From an uncultured Verrucomicrobiaceae bacterium (GTDB lineage: Bacteria > Verrucomicrobiota > Verrucomicrobiia > Verrucomicrobiales > Verrucomicrobiaceae), in assembly GCA_937983425.1 (NCBI GenBank), contig CALJZZ010000122.1, forward strand, positions 99,285 to 163,284: a DNA stretch of 64,000 nucleotides, written 5' to 3'. The stretch's first letter is position 1, and each line of letters starts with the position of its first letter. The position numbers and the translations under genes are program-made. Below, piece by piece: positions 1 through 8,159 of the stretch. The notes beneath the pieces were generated by a model. It did not search any database. It was not told the origin of the DNA and worked only from the letters and a program-made list of their open reading frames with translations.

Positions 1-84
1 ACTTGGCGTCCGCGCTGGATTGGGTGGCTGCATACAGACCCGTGAGGGTCAGGATGAGGGCAAGAGACAGAAACAATGTTTTCA
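1..84 (-). CDS. 5' end of a secreted-protein gene continuing past the left window edge
   Basis: ATG at 84-82 followed by MKTLFLSLALILTLTGLYAATQSSADAK, a signal-peptide pattern. It is preceded by a ~50-nt AT-rich spacer (85-135). It conflicts with the open Cys-rich frame listed next. Confidence 0.35.
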
Positions 85-530
85 TAGATAAGTAAGTTTG
101 AATGGTTTGAATGAACTGAAGTCGGCGGAGTGCCGACGTGGTGGGAGTGGTGCGGGGGCTTCGGAGGCGGCAAAGGAGGCCGCTCCGTGCGAGAAGGGGC
201 ACGCTGCGACAAAGGACGAATGCCTTGAGCATTGAGCGGGCGGGTCTGCGGAGCACCCATCACCAAAGGGGGCATGGTGGACGCGAGGTGCAGACAGCAG
301 GCGCAGTCGCAGCCTTGATCGGTGTCCTGGCAGGGGCACTCGGAGTGGTGCGTGGTGTTGTCTGCCGACATGTCTTTGCAGCAGGTCATCTCACACGCAG
401 CCATCCGGGGTGAGCACTGCCCCTGATGCGCCTGGCTCCACGGCACCGCAAACAACGGCAACAGCACGACGAGCATGATCCAGGTGATCATGCGGCGCTG
501 TTGGCGGTGATGGAGGTCGGTGGAGAACAT
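85..530 (-). CDS. small membrane-anchored Cys/His-rich protein; 3' end unresolved (no in-frame stop before window edge)
   Basis: Hand translation from ATG 530-528 gives MFSTDLHHRQQRRMITWIMLVVLLPLFAVPW (TM helix). This is followed by QCSPRMAACEMTCCKDMSADNTTHHSECPCQDTDQGCDCACCLH (10 Cys in 43 aa) and then a Pro/His-rich tail. It is not in the ORF track because the frame runs off the edge. It starts 9 nt after the adaptor gene stop. Confidence 0.35.
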
Positions 531-539
531 GGCTGGAGT

Positions 540-1238
540 TTAGTGGCCGCAGGTGCAGGCTTTGCCGCCACGCAGGATTTGCAGTTCGGCGAGCCAGAGG
601 GACATCACAGGTGTGGTGACCACCTCATCGCCAGTGTAAAGGCCGTCGGTGATCTCCACATGATCGCCGCTGCGTGCGCCGACTTTGACGGGCGTGCGCA
701 GGTAGAACTCGTCGTTCTTGGCATAGACGAAAGTGCCCTCGGCAGTGGTGAGCAGCGCGGCCTGTGGAATGGCGGTCACAGTATCGCCAGCAGGGAAGCG
801 GAAGGTGGCGGTGATGGCGCTGCCTGCCTCAATGGGGGCGGCGGTTTGCACGGTGACTTCAAAATCACCGAGCGTGGCATAGGCTGCCTTTTCAATGCGG
901 AGCACATGGCCTTTCGCGGTGCCAAGCTCGACCTCCATGCCGGGCTGCACACGCGCCGCTTGATCGGCGGTAAGCCATCCGCTGGCCTCGGTGCCGCGCT
1001 GCATGGCCTGCAAGCTGAGGGTGAAGGCGGGGGCGATCTTTTCCTCCTGCACCTCGGCGGTTTGCAGGCGGATGGACTCGGCCATGAGCGCGGTGAGGGC
1101 CACGCCTTTGCCTTCCTTGAACTGTGCGCCGTTTTCCGGTGCGGCGGTGTGTTCAGTGGAAGGACTGGCGCTAGATTCGCTGCAACTGGTGAGCGCGGCG
1201 GCGGTGACGATGAGAGACAGGATGAGCAAGAGTTTCAT
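540..1238 (-). CDS. short efflux periplasmic adaptor (membrane-fusion protein family) lipoprotein with C-terminal CxCGH tail
   Basis: Lipobox LTSC follows the signal peptide. Beta-barrel/MP-domain-like sequence is present (TAIPQAALLTTAEGTFVYAKNDEFYLRTPVKVGARSGDHVEITDGLYTGDEVVT). It sits directly downstream of the TolC-like gene. At 232 aa it is shorter than typical adaptors. Confidence 0.65.
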   Translation of the reverse strand: MKLLLILSLIVTAAALTSCSESSASPSTEHTAAPENGAQFKEGKGVALTALMAESIRLQTAEVQEEKIAPAFTLSLQAMQRGTEASGWLTADQAARVQPGMEVELGTAKGHVLRIEKAAYATLGDFEVTVQTAAPIEAGSAITATFRFPAGDTVTAIPQAALLTTAEGTFVYAKNDEFYLRTPVKVGARSGDHVEITDGLYTGDEVVTTPVMSLWLAELQILRGGKACTCGH

Positions 1239-1250
1239 GATGAGGTGAAG

Positions 1251-2522
1251 TTAGTTTTTGGTGGTGATGAGGCTGCCGGGTGCGCCGGTGAGTTCTTCAA
1301 GTGTGAGCGCGGCCTCCAGCGCCTCGGTTTGCGTGCTGTGGATGGCCTCGACGGCTTCGAGATACTTGTCCTGAAGCTCGACAAAGGTGCTCATGGGCAC
1401 GGCACCGAGTCTGAAATGCCTGTCCGCTAGCGCGGCGGCATCGCTGAACTTCGTGACGGCATCGCCCTTCCACACGGCAAGGCGTGCCTGCTGCGTCTGG
1501 TAGATGAGCATGCTCTCGGTGACCTGCCGCTCCACCTCGCGCTGCGCGGCGGCGAGCGTGGCCTGTGCCTGCATCTGGCGTGCCTCGGCATTGGAGACTT
1601 CCGCTTTGCCATTCTTCCAAAACGGCAGCGGGAAGGAGATGCCGATGCCTGCCACGGTCTGGTCATCCAGCGTGCGGGTGTTTTGCACCTCGACGAAGGG
1701 GCCGATGGTGAAGGCGGGATAGCGCTCGTTCTTTGCCAGCTCGACCTTGAAGCCCTGCTGCTCCAGCTCGGCACGGCGCAGGCGCAACTCGTAATGGTTC
1801 TTCATTGCGGAGCCGAGGAGGGAGAGCAGCGCAGGCGCGGCCTTGGCATCCAGCGGGCCGCGCTTCACGATGAGCGGCGCGTCGGCACGGCGGCCCATGA
1901 GTTGGTTCAGCTCCAGCAGCGCCTTTTGCACTACGACACCAGCTTTCGCTGCGCGCGACTCTGCCACGAGCGCCGCTGCCTCAATGGTAGCGATCTCAAG
2001 CTGAGGAGCGATGCCCGCTGGCTCGCGTTGCACCATCACCTCGCGCAGTGAGGCATAGCGTGCGGCGACTTCATTCGCGGCATTGGCGAGATCTTGCTGC
2101 GCTGACAACGTGAAGGCCAGCACGCGGACACGGGCGGCGAGATGAAAGCGAAACCGCTCCAGCCCCAGCTCCGCCATAGCGATGTCGCGGTTCGCGATGG
2201 CCTTGCGCAAACCCAAGCGGCCCGGCCACTCGATGGGCTGCGCCAGCTCGGCGGAGAAGGCTAGGCCGTTCGAGCGGCTGTCGGCGTTGCGGATGTGGTT
2301 GTTGCCGACTTGCAGGCTCAGCTCCGGGTTCGACTGCCTGCCCGCCGTGCTGCGAGTCGCCTTCGCCGCTGCGACCTCCGCCTCATAGAAGCGGATTTCA
2401 GGATTCCCCGCGAGCGTGCGGCCCACGAGACTGGAGATGGAAGACGGCTCCGGTTTGGAATCCGCCGCGAGAAGCTGCGGCACAGCAGCGAGCAGCAGAG
2501 ATGAAAGGATGAATAAGCGCAT
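1251..2522 (-). CDS. TolC/CzcC-family outer-membrane efflux protein
   Basis: Signal peptide MRLFILSSLLLAAVPQLLAAD from ATG 2522; the track ORF extends to 2555. There are two long coiled-coil/beta repeats typical of OMF proteins. A 13-nt gap separates it from the adaptor gene. Confidence 0.75.
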   Translation of the reverse strand: MRLFILSSLLLAAVPQLLAADSKPEPSSISSLVGRTLAGNPEIRFYEAEVAAAKATRSTAGRQSNPELSLQVGNNHIRNADSRSNGLAFSAELAQPIEWPGRLGLRKAIANRDIAMAELGLERFRFHLAARVRVLAFTLSAQQDLANAANEVAARYASLREVMVQREPAGIAPQLEIATIEAAALVAESRAAKAGVVVQKALLELNQLMGRRADAPLIVKRGPLDAKAAPALLSLLGSAMKNHYELRLRRAELEQQGFKVELAKNERYPAFTIGPFVEVQNTRTLDDQTVAGIGISFPLPFWKNGKAEVSNAEARQMQAQATLAAAQREVERQVTESMLIYQTQQARLAVWKGDAVTKFSDAAALADRHFRLGAVPMSTFVELQDKYLEAVEAIHSTQTEALEAALTLEELTGAPGSLITTKN

Positions 2523-2647
2523 GATGAGATGGGGGTTGAGTTTCGACGGAGGCACGGCAAAGCCACGATGCCGCTCTGCGAGCGGTCGCGGTGGGAAGCT
2601 CCTGCGTGGATGTCACCGCCTTCATGGGCGGACCAACGCACGGAACT

Positions 2648-3049
2648 TTAAGCCTGGATCGAAGGCGCACGCACGGGCAGCGCCGTGCGTTGCGTGAAAT
2701 GCCACGTCGCTCGCAACTCCGGCGGCGCGGTGGTCATCGGCAGCCCGGAAGACTCCGTGGCCGTGGCGAGATCGTCTTGAAGACGGATCATCGCCTGAAT
2801 CAACTCCGCCAGCTCCACCATCTGCATCTCCGGCATCGTGACCGGCGCGGGAACCTGGCTGTGGGAGATCGTATCGCTCGGGCAGGAGACGGGAGCGTGA
2901 TGTTCGCCTCCTTCGTGGTCTTCATGCTCGTGGCTTTCCTCGGAGCAGCAAACGTCCGCCTTGCATCCATCCGCCCCATAGCAACACATCGAAGCCGGGA
3001 CCATCAAGGCCAGCATCAGAAGTGCGAGGATTTGCCAGAAGCGTTTCAT
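2648..3049 (-). CDS. small secreted/membrane Cys/His-rich protein (putative metal-binding)
   Basis: The internal ATG at 3049 gives MKRFWQILALLMLALMVPASMCCYGADGCKADVCCSEESHEHEDHEGGEHHAPVSC, a signal/TM segment followed by a Cys and His cluster. It lies immediately upstream of the TolC-like gene. Confidence 0.55.
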   Translation of the reverse strand: MKRFWQILALLMLALMVPASMCCYGADGCKADVCCSEESHEHEDHEGGEHHAPVSCPSDTISHSQVPAPVTMPEMQMVELAELIQAMIRLQDDLATATESSGLPMTTAPPELRATWHFTQRTALPVRAPSIQA

Positions 3050-3442
3050 TGGGACAGCGGCGGCAAGACTCGCCGACATCATGAGATGGTCAAGGTTGGA
3101 TGTTATTCCAGCGATGTGAAGGCAAAAGTCCGCATTTGGCGGAGGCGCTGTGAAAAGGAGCCTCGCGGAAGTTGGATGCGGGGTGGAGGTCATCGTCGCG
3201 GGCTATGCTGCCACAGTTCCATGACGTTGGAGAAGAATGGTGACGCACTTCATGAAGACGTCGAGAGCCTCGCTACCGGCCGCGACTTTCTCCCACTGCC
3301 CGCCGGATGAGATTCCGCGCGCCGCCCCGGCTCCACGCGGTCTGATTCTGGATGCTGGTTCACCACAGGCTGGTCAATGTCTGCTGCTGAAGCCGCCTCG
3401 GCAGTCGCTCGCGGACGTGCCCGGCGAAGCGGCGGGCTTGCC

Positions 3443-4765
3443 TTACACCAAGACCTCTCGGAGCGGGCCGGTGCCGGAGTCGAACTTCGCGGCCATCTTC
3501 TCGCTCATGTTGAAGCGTTCGCACTCGACGCCGGCGGTTTTCAGGATCGTCGCGTAGAGCGCGTTGATCGGACGGGTGCCGTCGAGCTGCGTGAAGCAGC
3601 CGGTTTTGAAAATGCCGCCGCAATTGCCAAGCAGCATGACCGGCCAGGTGGCGCCGCTGGTGTGCTGCGCGTCGGCGTTGTTGCTGGTGTAAACAATGAG
3701 CGTGTTGTCCATCATCGTGCCGCTGCCTTCGGGCACGCTTTCCAGCTCCTCCATGAGCTTCACGAGCATGCGGCTGTTGTACTGGCGGATCTTGATCCAG
3801 ATCGGATTGTCCGGCTGCTTCATGTGGCCGAGATTGTGGCCCTGCTCCTCGACGCCGAGGCCTTTCCACGAGCCGAAGATTTCACCACGACCGGAGCCGA
3901 TGGTCAGCACGCTGGTGATGCCGGATTTGATCGCCGAGATGCCGAGGTCGAGCAGCACGTCGTGCCAGTCGGTTTCGAACTCGGGCTTCGTGTAACGGTC
4001 ATCGACCTTTGGCGCAAAGTTCCGCAGATGATCGGAGACGCCGTTGAGGCGTGACCGCAGGCCGTTGATGTCCTGGAAACCCTGAACGTACTGCCCGTAG
4101 CGCTGCTGGTCTGCCATCGGCAGCGCCTTGCCGTGAGCGGCGGCGAGCTGCTCGATGCGGTCAAACATACTGGAGCGCGCCTCATGCTGCTTGCGGATGT
4201 CTCCGTCCGAGATGCCGCCGTAGAGCATCTGGTAGAGGTGGTTCGGGTTCGAATGCATGAAGATCGGCTGGCCAGCGCCGCTGGCCGAAAGGTTCGCGAC
4301 GGTGGGCTTGGCCTTCATGTTTTCCATCGAGTCCATGCCGATGCAGAGATGCGGCAGGAGGGTCTCGGGCAGCACCTTGCTCAGTTCGTAGTCAATCGTG
4401 GACGCACTGGGCGGCACGCCGTCGCTGCCGCGGTAACCGCCGAGCGCGCCGAAGAAGGCGCTGTGGGACGGGCTGGTGTGCAGGCCGTGCAGGCCGTTGA
4501 TGATGTGCAGCCGCTCCTTGAAAGGCTCCAGCGCCTCGATGGGCTCGGGCAGTTTCGCCCTGGCCAGAGAGCCGCTGTTTTTCATGCCCGCCGGAACGCA
4601 GGTGGCCGGATCAAAGCCCTGGTTTTGCAGGAAGAAGATCACGCGCTTCGGCCCGCCGCCGTGCGCACGGGATGCCGCCTGGCTGATGTTTGGCAACAAG
4701 GGTGAACCCAAAGCCGCGCCAGCCGTGGCGGCGATTTGTCGGAGGAGTTTTCTGCGGGAAATCAT
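3443..4765 (-). CDS. DUF1552-family protein with Tat-type signal
   Basis: N-terminus [21 protein letters not shown]. Also present are [13 protein letters not shown] and a C-terminal ...[23 protein letters not shown]... pattern, recalled as typical of PVC DUF1552 proteins. Confidence 0.6.
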   Translation of the reverse strand: MISRRKLLRQIAATAGAALGSPLLPNISQAASRAHGGGPKRVIFFLQNQGFDPATCVPAGMKNSGSLARAKLPEPIEALEPFKERLHIINGLHGLHTSPSHSAFFGALGGYRGSDGVPPSASTIDYELSKVLPETLLPHLCIGMDSMENMKAKPTVANLSASGAGQPIFMHSNPNHLYQMLYGGISDGDIRKQHEARSSMFDRIEQLAAAHGKALPMADQQRYGQYVQGFQDINGLRSRLNGVSDHLRNFAPKVDDRYTKPEFETDWHDVLLDLGISAIKSGITSVLTIGSGRGEIFGSWKGLGVEEQGHNLGHMKQPDNPIWIKIRQYNSRMLVKLMEELESVPEGSGTMMDNTLIVYTSNNADAQHTSGATWPVMLLGNCGGIFKTGCFTQLDGTRPINALYATILKTAGVECERFNMSEKMAAKFDSGTGPLREVLV

Positions 4766-4946
4766 GAGTGCTGCGAAAACGTCACCGAGGCGGGCTTATT
4801 TCATCTGAGGGAGAGGAAGGTGCGGTCGGAAAGGCCGGTGCGCGAGGAAGCGCCCCGGAACACGCGGGGGCGCGCGTGCTCCATGCACTTCTCACGCGAG
4901 CACTGACTCATCGGGATGACACCGGCGGACTTGAAGCCGCCGCGCC

Positions 4947-6245
4947 TCATGCCAGCCCCTTCTGGCGGCGGGCGTGGACGGCGGCGGAGTATTCGCTGCT
5001 GTTGAAGTCCACATAGGCCTCGGAGAGATCGCTGGTATAAACGATGTGGTTGGCGCTGCCGAGGTTGAGGTCAATGGTGACGGAGAAGCGCGGTTCTTTG
5101 ACGACTTTTTCCAACTCGGCCACAGGCGTGCCCGAGGTGAGGCCGCCTTTGCAGGCGAGCAGGCCGCCGAAATAGATGTCCACCATCTCCTCGCGGATGC
5201 GCGCGCCGGAGTAGCCGACGGCGTGGATGATGCGGCCCCAGTTCGGGTCGCTGCCGTGGAAGGAGCACTTCACCAGCATGGACTTGGCGACGGCTTCGGC
5301 CACCTTTTTCGCATCGGCATGGGTGCGCGCGTTGCGCACGCGGATTTCGACGAACTTGGTGACGCGCTCGCCGTCGGCGACGATCATCTTCGCCAGCTCG
5401 AGCATGACCTTGTGCAGGGCGCAGCGGAAGATTTTGGCCTCGTCGGAGCCTTTCCTCATGGCGGGCGCGGAGGCCTGGCCGTTGCTCATGACAATGACGG
5501 TGTCGTTGGTGCTGGTGTCGCCGTCTATGGTGATGCAGTTGAAAGACTGGTCCACAGCGCAGCGGATGGCGCGCTTGATCTCGTCCTTGCTGATTTTTGC
5601 ATCGGTGGTGATGAAGCAAAGCATGGTGGCCATGTCCGGGCAGATCATGCCCGCGCCTTTGGCGATGCCGCCGATGCGGAAGGAGCCGCCTCCCGGGCAG
5701 GGCACCTCGATGGCGTAGGACTTCGGCCTGGTGTCGCTGGTCATGATGGCCGCCGCGGCGTCGTCGGAGCCGGCGGGGCTGAGCTTGGCCGCCAGTTCGG
5801 CGACGCGCGGGGTGACGCGCTGGATGGGCATGTTCATGCCGATGATTCCGGTGGAGCAGACCTGCACCTGTCTCATGCGCAGGCCGAGCGCCTCGGCGGC
5901 GGCCTTGCACATGGCTTTGGCGTCCTGGATGCCCTGCGGGCCGGTGCAGGCGTTGGCGTTGCCGCTGTTGGCGATGATGGCGCGCGTGTCGCTCTCGCGA
6001 ATGTGGATCTGCGAGACGCGCACACAGGCGGCGCGCACTTTGTTGGTGGTATAGACCGCGTCGGTGACGGCGGGGGTGTCGGAAACGATGAGCGCCAGGT
6101 CGAGGCGGGCGGCCTCGGGGTTCTTGATGCCGCATGAGATGGCGGCGGCGCGGAAGCCCCTGGGCGCGGTGACACCGCCTTTGATCACTTTGAAAGGCAC
6201 GCGTATTTCGCGGAACGGATCGCAATCCATGGTCGTCATGCTCAT
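4947..6245 (-). CDS. argJ: bifunctional glutamate N-acetyltransferase / amino-acid acetyltransferase
   Basis: Starts MSMTTMDCDPF. Contains APRGFRAAAISCGIK, ANSGNANACTG and the autoprocessing site ATMLCFITTD. The ATG at 6245 overlaps the argC stop (ATGA). The upstream 209 aa of the track ORF lies in an alternate frame of argC and was rejected. Confidence 0.92.
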   Translation of the reverse strand: MSMTTMDCDPFREIRVPFKVIKGGVTAPRGFRAAAISCGIKNPEAARLDLALIVSDTPAVTDAVYTTNKVRAACVRVSQIHIRESDTRAIIANSGNANACTGPQGIQDAKAMCKAAAEALGLRMRQVQVCSTGIIGMNMPIQRVTPRVAELAAKLSPAGSDDAAAAIMTSDTRPKSYAIEVPCPGGGSFRIGGIAKGAGMICPDMATMLCFITTDAKISKDEIKRAIRCAVDQSFNCITIDGDTSTNDTVIVMSNGQASAPAMRKGSDEAKIFRCALHKVMLELAKMIVADGERVTKFVEIRVRNARTHADAKKVAEAVAKSMLVKCSFHGSDPNWGRIIHAVGYSGARIREEMVDIYFGGLLACKGGLTSGTPVAELEKVVKEPRFSVTIDLNLGSANHIVYTSDLSEAYVDFNSSEYSAAVHARRQKGLA

Positions 6246-7291
6246 GCGTTCAGAAGGCCCGCGTCCGGCGCGAAGCCGCAGGCCAGGTTGAGGTTCTGCA
6301 CCGCCTGGCCGGAGGCGCCTTTGCCGATGTTGTCCTCGGCGCTCATGAGCACGAGGCGTCCGGCGCGCTCGTCGAGCGCCCAGCCGATGTCCACGAAGTT
6401 CGTGCCCATGACATGCTTGGTGTCGGGGCATTGATTCCTGCCGAGCAGCCGGATGAAGGGCTGCCCGTCGTAGGTGGCGCGCAGGGCGGACTCGACCTGG
6501 TCGAGCGACACGCCGGGCGCGGGTGCGGCAAAGGTGGTGGTGCAGATGCCGGCGAAGACCGGCACGAGATGCGGCACGAAGGTGAGCCGCACCTCCCGCC
6601 CGGCGGCGAGGGACAGCTCCTGCGTGATCTCGCTCAAGTGGCGGTGGGAGGGCACGCTGTAGGCGCGCAGGCTGTTCTGCACCTCGCAGAAAAGCAGCGG
6701 CACGCTGGCATTGCGGCCCGCGCCGCTGGCGCCGCTCATGCTGGAGACGGCCAGTGGATCCCCGGAGAGCAGGCCGGCTTTGAGCAGCGGCAGCAAAGGC
6801 AGCAGGATGCTGGTGGGATAGCAGCCGGGGCAGGCGATGAGGCGCGCGTTTTTGATCTCCTCCGCGCGCCACTCCGGCAGCGCATAGACGGCCTTGGCGA
6901 GCAGGCCGGGCGCGGGATGCTCGTGCGCGTAGAACTCCTTGTAAACCTCCGCGCTGCGCAGGCGGAAGTCGGCGCTGAGGTCAATGACGCGCATTCCCGC
7001 CTCCAGCAGCGGCGCGGCATACTCCGCGGACACGCCATGCGGCAGCGCCAGGAACGCGGCCTGCGCTCCGCTCGCCTTCAAAGCGTCCACGTCCGGCTCG
7101 GTGAAGACCAGTGTGTCAGCCACCCCCACCTTGCGGAAGCGCGGAAACTCGGCGGACAGCGCCTTGCCCGCGAGCGTGCGGGAAGTGACCGCGACGAGTT
7201 CGGCATGGGGATGGCGCAGGAGGATTCTCAGCAGCTCGATGCCGGAGTATCCGCTCGCACCAAGGACGGCGACTTTGACAGGCTTGGACAT
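6242..7291 (-). CDS. argC: N-acetyl-gamma-glutamyl-phosphate reductase
   Basis: Begins MSKPVKVAVLGASGYSGIELLRIL (Rossmann fold). The active-site region is IACPGCYPTS. Confidence 0.92.
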   Translation of the reverse strand: MSKPVKVAVLGASGYSGIELLRILLRHPHAELVAVTSRTLAGKALSAEFPRFRKVGVADTLVFTEPDVDALKASGAQAAFLALPHGVSAEYAAPLLEAGMRVIDLSADFRLRSAEVYKEFYAHEHPAPGLLAKAVYALPEWRAEEIKNARLIACPGCYPTSILLPLLPLLKAGLLSGDPLAVSSMSGASGAGRNASVPLLFCEVQNSLRAYSVPSHRHLSEITQELSLAAGREVRLTFVPHLVPVFAGICTTTFAAPAPGVSLDQVESALRATYDGQPFIRLLGRNQCPDTKHVMGTNFVDIGWALDERAGRLVLMSAEDNIGKGASGQAVQNLNLACGFAPDAGLLNA

Positions 7292-7379
7292 TCGGGAGGG
7301 GGGCGAAGATGGATGACAGCCCCCTGGCTGCAACTGGCAATTCAAACCAAATGTCCGTCCGGTCGCGGCGAGTCCACAA

Positions 7380-8156
7380 TCACCAGAATCCCCATTGTTT
7401 GGCGCCCATCACCCAGGCTCCGAGCAGCGCGTTGGCCAGAGCGTGCATGAGCACGCAGGCGCCCAGGCTGCGGGTGCGCGCGGCCGCGAGATAAACCAGC
7501 GCGCCCCAGACAAAAGCGGCGGGCCAGTCGGCGGGCTGATGCGCCAGCATGACCAGCGTGGTGACGATCCAAAAACTCCGCCAGGTGTGCGCGCCAAAGG
7601 GCGTCTCATGCCAGGGCCGCCCCTCCGCCGCCAGCCAGCGCATGAGAAAGCCGCGCCAGAAAATCTCCTCCACCAGCGGCACCACCACGACGAGGCGCGC
7701 GAAGCGCATGAAGATCGTGATCCGCTCCCACACAGGCCATTCGGCGAGCTGGCCGGGATCGAAGCCCCGGCTCCGGTCCGCCATCCCGAGCCAGGCCCAC
7801 CAAACCGGCGGATTTTCAGTGTCGAGCTTTTGGTATGTCCAGGCCGGCAGAATCCACAGCGCGATGCCCGCCACGCCGAGCGCACAGGCCAGCCCCAGTC
7901 CGCGCCAGGGCCTCAGCGCGTAGTGGCGGCGGAAAAAAAGCAGCAGTCCCGCGCACACGAGCGTCTGCAAAGGATACACCCACAGCTCCGGCGCGCGCAC
8001 ATGCCAGGGAAGCTCGGGATTTTCCACGCGAAACCAGCCCGGCACGGCCAGAAAGGCCATGAACACCGCGAACGGCGCCACATGCGCCGCGGCGGGTGAG
8101 GAGCGCCAGGTTTGCAGCATGAGCTTCATCGGGCCGCCTCGGATTGCGCGCTTCAA
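7380..8156 (-). CDS. CPBP-family intramembrane glutamic endopeptidase (CAAX protease-like)
   Basis: Multi-TM protein with the CPBP signature pair EEIFWRGFL and HALANALLG. It begins 3 nt after the stop of the ligase gene. Confidence 0.8.
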   Translation of the reverse strand: MKRAIRGGPMKLMLQTWRSSPAAAHVAPFAVFMAFLAVPGWFRVENPELPWHVRAPELWVYPLQTLVCAGLLLFFRRHYALRPWRGLGLACALGVAGIALWILPAWTYQKLDTENPPVWWAWLGMADRSRGFDPGQLAEWPVWERITIFMRFARLVVVVPLVEEIFWRGFLMRWLAAEGRPWHETPFGAHTWRSFWIVTTLVMLAHQPADWPAAFVWGALVYLAAARTRSLGACVLMHALANALLGAWVMGAKQWGFW

Positions 8157-8159
8157 GCC

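Noticed and set aside
426-1430. 334-aa plus-strand ORF
   Set aside because: It is antisense to the adaptor and TolC-like genes and is Gly/Ala/His-rich with no motifs.
6246-6872. N-terminal 209-aa extension of the argJ track ORF (4947-6872)
   Set aside because: The extension runs through argC in another frame and is Arg/Pro/Ala-rich. The conserved ArgJ sequence begins at MSMTTMDCDPF, with an ATGA overlap onto the argC stop.
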